Part shown: positions 1 to 11,804 of the stretch, one piece after another
Layout of the letters: every line of letters starts with the position of its first letter
How positions within the stretch are numbered: the first letter of the stretch is position 1
From: Neoechinorhynchus agilis
Taxonomy: Eukaryota > Animalia > Acanthocephala
Reading direction: 5' to 3'
NCBI GenBank assembly: GCA_051530055.1
Contig: CM121343.1
Coordinates: 4,310,389 to 4,343,388 of the forward strand
Length of the DNA: 33,000 nt
Made by a program: the position numbers and the translations under genes
Notes under the pieces: model-generated
Told to the model about the DNA's origin: nothing
What the model saw: the letters and a program-made list of their open reading frames with translations, nothing else
Database searches by the model: none

Positions 1-1330
1 GTCCAATATTTTCCCAATTTTACATCACTCATATATTCATCCTCGGTAGTTACAGATCTTTCCTCATTGATTTTTCGTTCTCGGGCCTTTAGTGCTTGCA
101 ATTTTAAAATGGACATTGATGTATGTTTTCGCTTTATCCGCATCCCAACGGCTGCTGTTGCTGCCGCGTTTCCATCAGTTCCATGTGAGCGAGGCGTATT
201 TGATTTTTGATCGTTCGATGTCCATGAGCTCATATGCGGTATGCGATTGCGATTAAAATCGGTAAATAAATCGACGGTAGAGGAGCTTAAATTGCCTAGT
301 AAGTTATATTGACTGCTGGCCAGATAAAAGCAAGTCGCGGTTGAATTTGACCATTCCGTTGCCATGTTATTCTTATTTTCCTTGCGGTATGGTTGTTCAT
401 AGAAAATTGATAGACCATTGCAAGTCTTTGGATTCGACATAAGTTGAGATTTAACAGTTCGATCCGACGAGTTTTGTAAAGACTTTGACGTGCTTGCTCT
501 GTTTGATTCAATGGCATCACCTGACAGTGAAAACATTTTGGTCGAAAATAAACATCGACTTATAGCTGCCTAGACCGATAGAAACCAGTTAAATTTTAAG
601 CGAATTCGATAAATTAACAAACGTATGGTGTCCTAATAATGCACAAATGGAACTTCATTCCATTTTTGAAAAGTGATATAGCTTGCATCCGACTGTTAAG
701 TACAATACCATTAACTGTTTTAATCTGATCACCCGGAAATATTCGACCAGAAATATCTGCTGCAGTTTTGGGCTCAACCTAAATTGTATATATTCTAAAA
801 TTAAACATTTGGCTTTTCGCTATGAATTTTCGAAATTTAATTAAACAGTGCCCATCAAACCATATTAGTGAAGGAAATGAATAGATTTGGTTTGTAATCC
901 CTAGAGGAGCATATTTGTACTCATGAACGCCTTTTTGTTTCTTGGTGACAATTGTCCCAAAATTCAAAAAATTGCGAATTAATAGATACAAAATCTAAAC
1001 GCTTTATATTTATCCACAGTGCTACAATTACATCGCATACATTTAACTATATAAATATACCTCTTGAACATAGATTCGTACGATTCCTTTGAGAAAAGCG
1101 TAACAAAGCGTCAGACCAACCATATCCGATGCCTTTCGTTTCCGTAATGTTACATTGATCTAATTCATTGGAGAAGACATTAATGTACAAACCCTTCACA
1201 TTTATCGAAGACCTCAAGGTTAAAATAATCCGTAGATGCATCATCGTCATCTGAGGGGTTTTCTATATTTTCAGAAGCGGATTGTGACTCCTCGTTTTGT
1301 GTATTGGGACGAAAACCTATCGTTAACTTG
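1..1330 (-). CDS. PDZRN3: PDZ domain-containing RING finger protein 3/4 (LNX3/4)-like, multi-exon; 3' end runs off the window, further 5' exons probably lie up to ~2930 but are unresolved
   Basis: Manual splicing: exon 1159-1061 INVTLRKRKASDMVGLTLCYAFLKGIVRIYVQE joins exon 778-623 VEPKTAADISGRIFPGDQIKTVNGIVLNSRMQAISLF to give a complete PDZ domain like PDZRN3 PDZ2. GT-AG introns at 1212-1160 and 1060-779. An open frame from ~560 to 1 ends in LKARERKINEERSVTTEDEYMSDVKLGKYW, matching the conserved PDZRN3/4 C-terminal motif (RERALKIREERSGMTTDDD..SEMKMGRYW). The ORF track missed these frames. Confidence 0.85.
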
Positions 1331-4107
1331 TCGCTGAGTACAGGCGATCTTAACATTTACAGCTTTTGTGAACAAACTCGACAATGTAACAAAACCTACC
1401 CAAAATTTTGGATTATATTGTTTTCTCCATTTACCGTTTTGCTTGTCCTTGCAATGTGCACTGAACTTTTGCACTTCCTATCCATTGCCGATATTCCATG
1501 GAATGAATCGTCGGCTTCTAGTACACCGTAAAGCTAATGAGAAGGAGTTTGCTAAGAGATCAAACTACGGATACCCAAAACCTTTCGTGCGGTTTTACTC
1601 CTAGCAAGTTTATTAGACGTTTGAATGTCCTTGATTTCATTGGTAGTTGATTTAGTAATAGGTTGCAAATCACTATAGGAAATTAAAATCATAAATTCTC
1701 TCTACATGACTAACTTTTTGAGCAAACGAGAAGATTTTGTGATATGCGAAGGAAAACGGCGATTGAGTTGTCTTATGTTGCTACCCACGATGGGTCTTTG
1801 AATAATATTCTAAAAGATAAGGGAACAATCGTCTACTATAAGTTACCTTCCCAATACGGTAAAAATCATTTTCGAAATATACCTTACAATTTCGTCTTTT
1901 TCGGACTCCATATCCTTTTTTCGTGCCTACAGAAAGACAGCAACAGTTGAAGCGCATCAAATGCTTCGCAGCAGCCTTTGGTACATGATTAATGGGTAGT
2001 TTGATGGCGTGCTGATGTTTGTAAGACGATTGCAGTGTCTCATGAGTCATCGCCGGATTCGATAAATCTGTAATTTTGTAGTCCTGAAAAATGATCTGCT
2101 GAGTATGTCTTCTTTTCGACAGAGACAAAGGGCATGCATATGAGATTCTATGGCTGGCATATTAGACCTAAACTGTGGCATCGAAGATAAATACTTCGAC
2201 GGGTGCCATAAAAAAGGCATAATATCATTAGTAGATGTTCGATGATATACTGGCATACGGTTTTCGTTGCCCCCAATTCCCCCTAAGTGATTGTATCTTC
2301 ATGCGAACTGTTATTGTTTGGTTAATTGAACGAATGATTGACGCTTCTAAGATTTACATTGGAAGCGACGAGTATTTTGACGGCGGCGGCGGCGGTGGTG
2401 GTGGTGTTCGCTTATCGATTCGTACAAATTGGACCTTTTTAGAGTCAAAGAATCGTTTGTTTTGCAACCACTATTTCAGCATGGAGCAAGTACATTGTAA
2501 AACTTTTTCGATCAAGACAACGAATGGAAGGTGGCTTTTGTGTATGTGCAAGATAATAGACACTTGAAGTAGTAAGGATAAGAGTCTATGGTTCCTATTC
2601 AACTTGTATGACGCCCAGCCCAATCAGTCTCCCAAACGGCAGCAAAAGTGTGCCGTAGTCGTGATCTGCATTGGTTGAAGAAAAGTGCTTGTGTGTGCGA
2701 CATGGTGCTGCTACAAGTACCGATGAATGGTCCACAGAGACTAAGCAATGGGTTTGAGAAAGCATATGGGTGCAGAAAGGAATATGATATCGAAAATCGA
2801 CCGCAAGGACTTAAGTTTACGCAAAAATAACCAATTAGCGCTCTGACACACTGAAACCGTCTGGATATGCAGCTTAATCAGAATTCTTCGACACCCACTT
2901 CTTGTACGCCTGAACAGTGCCGCATCCATTAAATTCTTAGCATGACTTCACGCATTTCGTTCTCCAACATTTCTTAGGAAGGTGGAAAATAGTTTATTGA
3001 AAGTAGTTCGAGATAGATCTTCTCTTAATTATGAAACCATTTAAAACATCTTTTTATCTTTCAATCACAATTTACGTGTTCTGTGTCGCAACTATTTAAC
3101 AATTCCAACCCCGCCAGTTTTTGCAATAATGACCAGATTTATTGAGTAATCATTGAGAATTGGTTTATTCGAGCATGACACTTTTATAAACATACGAGCG
3201 TTTGCCAAACTCTTTTGATCTCGCTAGCACTCATGATTATGAACAACCTTGAGGGTATAAAGCATGCATAAATGATTACAACGACGTTACAGTGTCGCTC
3301 CGAGCAATGAAACCGACCTCGGAGAAATGCTTTGCTACTTTAAAATTTTCACTTTATTGCTTGTACCGAATGCCGCTTGTAAGCCTCTTTGCTACTTACC
3401 AAAGCGAACAATTTCATTTAATCGATTTGAAAGGAAAAAATTGTTTGCGGTGATTCAACGTTATTTATGGACAACGTAAAATCCTTTTAGTTTATGAGCC
3501 ATCCGTGCTCCTTATAAAATGTGCGGCTCTAAGCTGACAGTGAGAGAGCCGCTTGATATTTAGGTTTCTACTTACTCCTTATAAAGTAACCATCGCACCT
3601 CAACGAACTTCAAATCCATAACGAGTCATACTATTATTAGTAATTTCAAAATAGATTAACTTTTAACATTACGATATCTTAATTTATTCAAACTTGTCTT
3701 AGAGTTCCGAAAATGTTTTACGACTTATAATCACGAGAAGAGGACAAGTATTATCGCACAAAAGCAACCATTTAGCGCTAACTCTATCATGTGCATTTCG
3801 ACGATCTCAAATCACAACTGCAGACCACCAATCATAAAAAGGTATTTCATAACCAATATTTAACAGAAAAATAGAGCTTAGACAAATCTTTAATGTTTTA
3901 TGGCATAGCTTGGGGCCTGCTACCGGTTTAATAGTCTTAGAATTGCACAAGAATTAAGTACGATCGCTGGTTTAAAAAGTGCATTGTTGGACGCAACGTG
4001 ATTGGACTAAGTAAAATGTCAACATTAGATTCCTTACTTTTGGTAATAAAAGCCAAAGATTATCTTCTTTGGTCACGTAATCAGAAAATCACTCATAATT
4101 GGTTCAG

Positions 4108-4680
4108 TTTAAGCGAATTGGATTTCAAGATCGACCTTTGAACGAATGGGATTTCATGATCGACTTTTGAACGAATGAGATTTCATAATTGACTTTTGAA
4201 CGAATGGGATTTCATGATAAATTATTAGGCGATTGAGATTTGGTGATTGACTTTGAATGGAAGGAATTTCAAGATCGACTTTTGAGTGAATGAGATTTCA
4301 TGATCGACTTTTGAACGAAAGGAATTTCAAGATCAATTTTTGAACGAATGGGATTTCATGATCGACTTTTGAACGAATGGGATTTCATGATTGAATTTTG
4401 AACGAATGGAATTTTATGATCAGCTTTTGAACGAATGGAATTTCATGATCGACTTTTGAACGAATGGGATTTTATGATCGGCTTTTGAACGAATAGGATT
4501 TCAAGATCGACTTTTTAGTGAAAGAGATTTCATGATTGACTTTTGAGCGAATGGAATTTCAAGATAACTATTGAACGAATGGGATTTTATGATTGACTTT
4601 TGAGCGAATGGAATTTTATGATTGACTTTTGAGCGAATGGGATTTCAATATCGGCTTTTGAACGAATTCGATTTCATGAT
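4108..4680. repeat. 29-bp minisatellite, left arm (~19-20 monomers)
   Basis: Tandem copies of the consensus CGACTTTTGAACGAATGGGATTTCATGAT, with one variant interruption (ATAAATTATTAGGCGA...) near 4217-4245. Confidence 0.95.
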
Positions 4681-6711
4681 TTTTTTAACCATTAAATTTT
4701 ATTTGTTAAAGTACAAAACGTGTAATCACCACCGTCGGCAAAATTAGAGCTTCTCTCCTTCCTCAGCTGTCGCTCGTTCTACTGCGAGATATTTTGTCGC
4801 AGGAATACACCTGTTCGTGCGTCGCTGGTCGTTTCTCTCAATTTCTTTGAGAGATCTTGAAGCAAAGTAAGTGCCGAACTGCCAAACGCTCCATACGTCT
4901 CTACTCCGAAGGGGACAAAATAGTGGATCCTTGCTAAATCCCTATATTTTCGTACCTTCCTCCCTTCCGCTGCACCACCGGCGATTTCCAGAGAGTGCGG
5001 AATGTTGCTTACTGCGAGGGTGTCCACACACGTGGCGTCCCAGAGAAGGCATTTGCCCTCCCGCCACGGGAAGACCGAAATTCCGTCAGGTCGACGGCCG
5101 TCTAGTCGACAAAGATGGGCGGGTTCCAAGATGTTGGCCAAGTTCGCCGTTCTCGACGCCCGAGAAATTGCGTTATTGATCTCAGAATGGCGTGAGAACC
5201 TTCCTCCTGACTTTCGGCAAACGAGACCGCGTCGCCCTCAACCAAAGACCCACATCGACAGCGATGGGGCGTGCATATCGAAAGACCAAGTCTTAAGAAC
5301 ACTGCGATCCTCGTTACCTCATCAGTAAGAAGAGTTCCCACAGATGCCAGAGGAACAGCATCCAACCACGCCCCAGATTCTCGTGTTGAAACTGCCAACA
5401 GTCTAGCTCGGACAACCATCGCGAGAACCTGAAAGCAGAGAGCTGTGAGCTCTTGCGACAAGAGGTCCGTCCCAGATCAACTGTCTGAGGCCATTCACGA
5501 GAACATGGTTAGCGCCTGTCTGCTGGCTCCATTCCTCAACCGCCACCACGAAATCCCGGTCAAGACAGAACTTTTCCTTCAAAATTTTCTTCGATACTGG
5601 TAGGCTTCCCTCAAACGATCCAAGAAAGGCCGGCAAAGCAAGGTCCACTAGTGCCCGAATCCCCAATCCCCCAGATGAGACAGGCAATGAAGCTTGTCGC
5701 CACGCCTCATCTGAGAGCTGGACATTTAAAATACGCTCGAGACAAGCCCTCACCTTGCCGTCGAGCTTAGCTAACAATTTGGGGATAAAGAGTGCGTTCT
5801 TTATGAGAAACAAGGCTTCATGAGCCGAGAGAGCGCACACCCTATCGCACAGCAACGAAAGTTTCGGTATGATACGACCGATCTCATCTTCCACATTTGA
5901 ATCAAAGACGCAACTACCCAGGAGGCTGAGTTGCTCCCGAGTCACGAGTTTCAGACCTGGAGCTACGACCTCGAACCCAGCCATTAGTTCTTTGACTTTG
6001 GCGGCGTCTCCAATATTCAATACAAGGAGCTCACATTTTCCAGCATTGAGCTCAATGCCCATCTTCGAGGTCTCCCTAATCAGCATCTTCAAATCGCGCA
6101 GTACAACGGAGGGATCACCTCCGAGCGTAGCGTCATCCAAGTACCAAGCGTTGAAGCTGGAATGGAGAGAGTGCGCTATTGGATTTACTGTTAGGAAGAA
6201 TGCGATTGGAGCGAGATTATCTCCTTGTTGCACTCCTCTTTCGGACCAAATGAGGCGGTCTTCGAAAAGCAAAGGAGTCGCGGTCCCGTAGGCATTAAGA
6301 AAATACTGGAAGGCTTCTGGTGCGTGATCCCTAATTGCGCAGAACGCGTTTTCTCTATTGAGAGAGTTAAAGGCATTCTGAAAATCACACTTAAGAATCA
6401 CACACGGCTTTGAACTCCTCGTAGTAAAGTTTAGGAGAACGTGGACAATAGCTTCCGGCAGGATGTGTAGCAGCCCAGTTGGACTGGGCGAAGTTGCTGC
6501 CCGGTTTTCTCTGTGATACGTTTACAGAGAATTTTTCCTGCAAGTCGGCGTATCATCGAAGATACGGCGATGGGACGGATCCCACCTTCTTTTTTGTGAG
6601 CGCACACAATTAGGCTCCGAAAAATAGGTCTTTTCCAACGGGATTCAAATCCTCTCCAGTCAGGCGGTCGATTATTCGAGAAAGCGCACTTTCGAGAGAG
6701 AGCTGCTTCAC
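4681..6711 (-). mobile_element. CRE-clade (restriction-like endonuclease) non-LTR retrotransposon, 5'-truncated and frameshifted
   Basis: RT motifs KEGGIRPIAV, CDFQNAFNSL, GVQQGD, WYLDD, LPVSSGGLGIR; C-terminal CTPHRCRC Zn-knuckle region; RLE motifs RRPDG, LLWDATC, FVPFGVETYG. The 3' UTR has AATAAA and a short A-tail (T-run at 4681-4686 on +). There is an in-frame TAA at ~6610-6612 and several frameshifts. The 5' end is truncated inside RT. Confidence 0.92.
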
Positions 6712-7317
6712 CGACTTTTGAACGAATGGGATTTTGTGATCGACTTTTGAACGAATGGGATTTCAAGATCAGCTTTTGAACGAGTGGAATTTCATGATTA
6801 ACTTTTGAACGAATCGGATTTCATGATAAATTATTAGGCGAATGAGATTTGGTGATCGACTTTTGAACGAATGGGATTTCATGATTGACTTTTTGAACGA
6901 ATGGGATTTCAAGATCGACTGTTTATCGAATGGGATTTCATGATTGACTTTTGAACGAATTTGATTTTATGATCGACTTTCAAACGAATTCGATTTTATG
7001 ATCGACTTTTGAGCGAATGGGATTTTATGATCGACTTTCAAGCGAATTCGATTTTATGATTGACTATTGAGCGAATGGGATTTTATGATTGACTTTTGAG
7101 CGAATGGGATTTTATGATTGACTATTGAACGAATGGGATTTCGAGATCGACCTTTGAACGAATAGGATTTCATGATTGACTTTTTGAACGAATGGGACTT
7201 CAAGATCGACTTTTTATCGAATGGGATTTCGAGATCGACTTTTGAACGAATAGGATTTCATGATTGACTTTTTGAACGAATAGGATTTCAAGATCGACTT
7301 TTGAGTGAATGAGATTT
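6712..7317. repeat. 29-bp minisatellite, right arm (~20-21 monomers)
   Basis: Same 29-bp monomer as 4108-4680, resuming at CGACTTTTG; carries the same variant interruption at ~6827-6855. Confidence 0.95.
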
Positions 7318-7416
7318 GCGCTTTTCCCGGTGGATGACGCGAGGACATGGAATGACGGTCACGTAGGTTACAAAATTTATCACGTTTTCTCCGTCGTTAA
7401 GCTCACTTCGTTGGAA

Positions 7417-8352
7417 ATGCCCAGATTATCGTTGATTAAAGCGTTAACTTGTTTCGTAGTCTTCACTTGTGTGGGCGTGATTGATTTTTGAAGAAATCTT
7501 ATTCCTCAAAAATCATTATTATACGCACTTTTAAAATTGTCTGGCGTGATTTCGGATATAAGAGGCCAGGAAATTTCGCTGGAACATTTTGATCGACGAA
7601 TCCGATTGCCTTATTTTGTACCGCAGCGATTTTACAAAGTAAATGAAATTGCATTAATTAAGAAGGATCTTCTAGCAATATTTATAAAATCATCGATCGT
7701 TCATTTTGAAAATCGTGAGTGCTTTCGGAAGCGCTACCAAGCGGAATTAGTCAATTATGCCACATATGCATTCGTTGTAGGATATTCAAAAAACGAGGTG
7801 ACAAATCGTATTGCTAACGAGGAAAGACGTTGGAACCAGGACATAATCTTTAGCCAAAGCGAAGATGATTATTACAAGAATTGCATGAAGACTGAATTCA
7901 TGTTAAAATTGTGCAGTGCACAAAAACGTTATTGCCTTTTTCTGGACGATGATTATGTTTTAAACATTAAAAACTTAATTAAAGAAATCAAACGAATACG
8001 TTCAAGTGTCCTCATGGGATTTTCTAATACAAATGCGAGGCCAGTTCGTGTGCGAACAAATAAATGGTATGTACCCATCTCAAGGTATCCATTTAATTCG
8101 TACTTGCCGTATTTGTCGGGCGGCTGTATCCTTCTTACTAGCGATGTCGCCGCTACCTTAGTCAAGGATTACAATCTCGAAGACTGTATATTCGATGACG
8201 TATATATTGGAATATTGGCTTATAGGAATCGTATCGCTCTTAATCACAATCAGAAGTTCGCAAATTATTTCTTAACTCAAAAACTAAAGTCATCTATCTG
8301 CATGCACTTAGAACAAAGCCGCGTTAATGGAACATTATGCCAAACTGACTGA
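7417..8352 (+). CDS. Brainiac-like beta-1,3-glycosyltransferase (GT31 family); in-frame TGA at 7489-7491, possible pseudogene
   Basis: Motifs DYYKNCMKT, FLDDDY (DxD), KWYVPISRYPF, YLSGG and FDDVYIGILA. An ATG at 7417 opens a type II anchor-like peptide MPRLSLIKALTCFVVFTCVGVIDF in the same frame as the catalytic ORF, separated from it by a single TGA. Confidence 0.85.
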
Positions 8353-8794
8353 AAGATCGCGTTTGATGGTTGCAGGGATCCAACGAGAATAAAACAGTTA
8401 CAAAAGGTTTTTGATTGATGGAAGAGTTAAAAGGTATTTTTGTGATCAGAGGAAAAAACCGCTGTTCAATTGAACAACGAAAAAACTTTAAATCATCTTA
8501 CCCAACTGTGCCATCGCGATTCTTTGTAGTTTTATTAGTGGTTAGTTTCATAAAAAAATACTTTGATTACTGCTAAAACAATATACGAAATGCATTAGTT
8601 CTGGCTAACAAAGTCTATAGTGAAAATTTGTATTAAAAAAACCAAGTAATGTCACAGAATTCGTCGATAATACTAACAACAACGTAATTTTAGAAGGTTT
8701 TGCGGAAAAATTTCTTCTTTTATTTACAGGAAACATCAAGCAATAATTTATTCTGCTTTGAAGTGAGGCCTTCACACAGCCCACAGATTTATTA

Positions 8795-9602
8795 GTCAAG
8801 AAAGCACATAAAATCATTTAATACCCTGTTGAACCATTCGCGGCTATGAGTCTTTACATTTCCGTCCGGATTCTCGGATACCTTCCGAGGAGACGATAGT
8901 CATCAGTGAGTTTCCTTTTCCCTTCTACGAGGTATTTCGTTCACTTTGGTTATACTTCAATGAATTTTGAACCCTTTGACCACCCTGAGAAACAGGGATT
9001 CGTGGCTCAAGTTCACTCACTTTACCTCCTCGGCGCAACTACGGAATGTACAAACTCTGCCAGTATTACACCTCCTGGTGAGTGTTGAATTCTTAAATGT
9101 TTTTACTGGCAAGCCAGTTCTATTGATTCAGATTTAAGACATTCCTTCCTCGGTTTTTGGCATTCTTTTTTAACGTGAAATCACACCGATCTCTTACGTG
9201 AGAGTTTAAGTGATTGAATCACTTAACACATTAAACCATTCGCGGTAATGAGTCTGTACATTTCCGTCCGGATTCTCAGATACCTTCCGAGGAGACGATA
9301 GTCATCAGTGAGTTTCCTTTTCCCTTCTACGAGGTATTTCGTTTACTTTGGTTATACGTCATTGGCGTCAATGAATTTTGAACCCTTTGACCACCCTGAA
9401 ACAGGGATTCAGGGCTCCAGTCCACTCACTTTACTTCCTCGGCTAACCAAAGTGGACGCAATACCTCGCTGAAGGGAAAAGGAAACTCACTGATGACTAT
9501 CGTCTCCTCGGGAGGTATCTGAGGATCCGGAGGAATGAAGGAAACTCATAACCGCGTATGTTTCAGCAGGATATTAAGTGATTTTATGCGCTTCCTTGAG
9601 CA
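8795..9602. mobile_element. tRNA-derived SINE/retrozyme-like element, subfamily B: two tandem copies on - (period ~402 bp) plus one 5'-truncated inverted copy on +
   Basis: Homologous to the 22-kb array (shared AGTTTGTACATTCCGTAGTTG and GAAATACC...GGAAACTCACTGATGA...CGTCTCC...GGTATC(T/C)GAG). CUGAUGA at 8906-8900 (-), 9308-9302 (-) and 9490-9496 (+). Orientation switches at 9443/9444. Confidence 0.85.
8963..9042 (-). promoter_or_regulatory. tRNA-Ser-derived Pol III head (degenerate A and B boxes) of subfamily B copy A
   Basis: GTAGTTGCGCCGAGGAGGTAAAG resembles the tRNA-Ser 5' end GTAGTCGTGGCCGAGTGGTTAAG. Anticodon-arm remnant GTGAACTTGAGCCAC (TGA = Ser), variable-arm-like hairpin CCCTG-TTTCT-CAGGG, and B-box-like GGTTCAAAATT. 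Confidence 0.65.
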
Positions 9603-10814
9603 AGAAACGGTTGGTTGTGCGCCCAAAGATGAAAATTATCAGCCGTAGAAAAAAGGTTTTAGCCGACTAGGCGGACTTAATTTGTAATCTGAAAGCAAAT
9701 ATATTCGGCAACACGAGGATTTGGGTTATTAGCCTGATGCGAATTTACCCTAAAAACTAATTATAGAAAAGATATCATTCTGTAAATTTTTCAGTATAAG
9801 GAGGCAAGATTATGATCTAATTGAACGAATGTTCATTAGACGTGAAGAGACAAGGTAACATAGTGACGAATGGTTGGAATTCCGCTCAGTGGTTTCATTT
9901 CCATTATTTCATCACATGGTGCATACGACCATATCAAATCGATTGACGTGTAACTTAAAAAAGACTTGTTTAAGTCTTAGACTTCTCAAGGGAATCCTTA
10001 ATGGAGCTCTCGTTTGAAGGGCACTTTGATAACATTACATCCATAATTTTAGTTGTTTTTTTTGTGGTCGTTCAATTGATGTTTAACGCACGCACACTCA
10101 CCCTGCCCGCAAATATCATCTATTTGATCAACGTTTGGGTGTGTGTGTGTGCGATTGAAGTAATCTGATAATGGGTGTGTGTGATGTTTTGGCGAGAGTT
10201 CCTCTGGTAGTCAGGATGATGTTATCACGTTGTGGCATTCCTTACTGCGCGATAGAGGATATCTGTCAGAATAAGGGGCGCATGAAGATTGATGCACTGT
10301 GTTTATTGAGGACGACGATATCCGTGGTTGAGTTTCCGACGCATTCTCTAGCGTTAATAAATCATCGCAACCCTAAGAATTCTTTTTCCACGGCATCTCA
10401 TTGAGTTCACGTCAGCGAAAGTGCATAGAAAAAAAACGAGAGGGAGACGGTACGCGTGAACGTCTCGTGTTCATTCTGCTGAGACCAGGAATGGGCAAAA
10501 TGACGGTGCCACACTCACCTCACATACTCATGGCATCCGGACAAATGTGCTGCGCCCTTTCACAACATTCTAGAACCGCGCACAACCTCTCTTTTTTCCA
10601 CCAATTTCATAAATGATTTAGGACAAGTGAAAACGCGCTGTTTTCTCAAATAATATTTCCTTACTCTCTTCACCTTATTACAGGGATACATAAAAACCTT
10701 CTCGTACTCCGGTGGTGCTATACAACGAGAAGCGACAGGCAAATTACCGAGGAAATGTTGCTTGTGGTCAACGATACAATTTCATATTTAGAAGTGCTTT
10801 TAGGACAGTAGAAC

Positions 10815-10990
10815 ATTGAAGGGAGTTTATCCGATTGTTTCCGAGCCATAATCTCGTACGCCTTTCTTCTACAAGGTTGTAAAAGTGTTTTATTCGCACT
10901 TGAAGGGCTGCGAATAAAAACACAAGAAACCCTGATCAAAAAGCGTACAAGATTGAGGCTCCGAAAACAATCGGATAAAATCGTTTCAAT
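10815..10990. repeat. Foldback (MITE-like) element with ~50-bp imperfect inverted arms and an inner 14-bp hairpin
   Basis: 10815-10865 is the approximate reverse complement of 10938-10990 (core TTTATCCGATTGTTT / AAACAATCGGATAAA). Inner GTGTTTTATTCGCA pairs with TGCGAATAAAAACAC. Confidence 0.7.
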
Positions 10991-11804
10991 TTTTCACCGC
11001 CATAAACAAACACCAAGAATTCAATGTTTAAACATATTCAGAACTAGATAAAACAACTTCTATTAAGTATGTTTAGAACATCGTATGGGAAACACAAACT
11101 GATGATGAACCCGACGATGTTCAAAACGCCCTTAATAGAAACTTTTTACCGGATGAAGACCCAAATAGTACATTTCTAATCATATAACCCGGTAGTTCTT
11201 TACACATCTAAATTTTGATTTTCATATTTGAAAAGGATTATGAAAAAAACGGTCGACTTTACCCTTTTTCCCCAGAGACTAATAGCCCGTGATGTTGCAA
11301 ATAAGGTCGATCTCTGAATCGTTTTCGGCTAGTCAAATAGTGCTAATCTTATCCGTAGGGCTATTTGCATTTCCGGCTGCTTCGTCGCTCACAAACATAG
11401 ACATTGGCGACCGATTAGATCTGCGCCCAAACATGCGACGACTACCTCTGCCGTCCGTTAAACAGAGCCAAGTGTCTGGAGCACACGGAATGTTTTTGAG
11501 AGATAAGCATACTGCAAGGGACGTCAGTTTCATTGGTCAGAGGGAGTCCATTCTACGCCTGGCCTCAATACATAATTGCGAATAATAATGTAATTAAAAA
11601 AAATTTAGTAACTATTAGTGTAGGTTAATAGGAACTATTTTGTGTGTGCAAATAGAAACATCAGAGGGCCTTGAAAACATCCATACCTTTAGTTGCACCC
11701 GTTTTTTTGGGAATCGATATAATTCATCTTTTCGCTACCACAAGCAACCTTATATATCCGAGTCAGTTCAGATAAACACTGGATTATTATAGGCTTTTCG
11801 GTTG

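Noticed and set aside
4681-4740. The CRE element as the autonomous partner of the SINE/retrozyme
   Set aside because: No similarity between the CRE 3' UTR/tail and any part of the monomer, and the arrays lack a poly(A) tail.
4108-7317. 29-bp repeats as a CRISPR array, or the two arms as a giant (~580-bp) target-site duplication
   Set aside because: The monomers are contiguous with no unique spacers and the context is eukaryotic. The arms share one variant interruption but their monomer orders are not colinear.
7489-7491. Genome-wide TGA reassignment (Trp) suggested by the in-frame TGA here and TGAs just after possible acceptors near 14452 and 30830
   Set aside because: About 11 Trp codons in FATP are all TGG, and the long FATP, PKA-R and GAPVD1 ORFs contain no in-frame TGA.
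10171-11585. A small gene between the subfamily B locus and furin (short ORFs on both strands, donor-like GTGAGT at ~10518 on -, acidic peptide WETQTDDEPDD at ~11085 on +)
   Set aside because: I could not assemble a consistent spliced frame or recognise a family, and part of the region is a foldback repeat. Unresolved rather than excluded; RNA-seq would decide.
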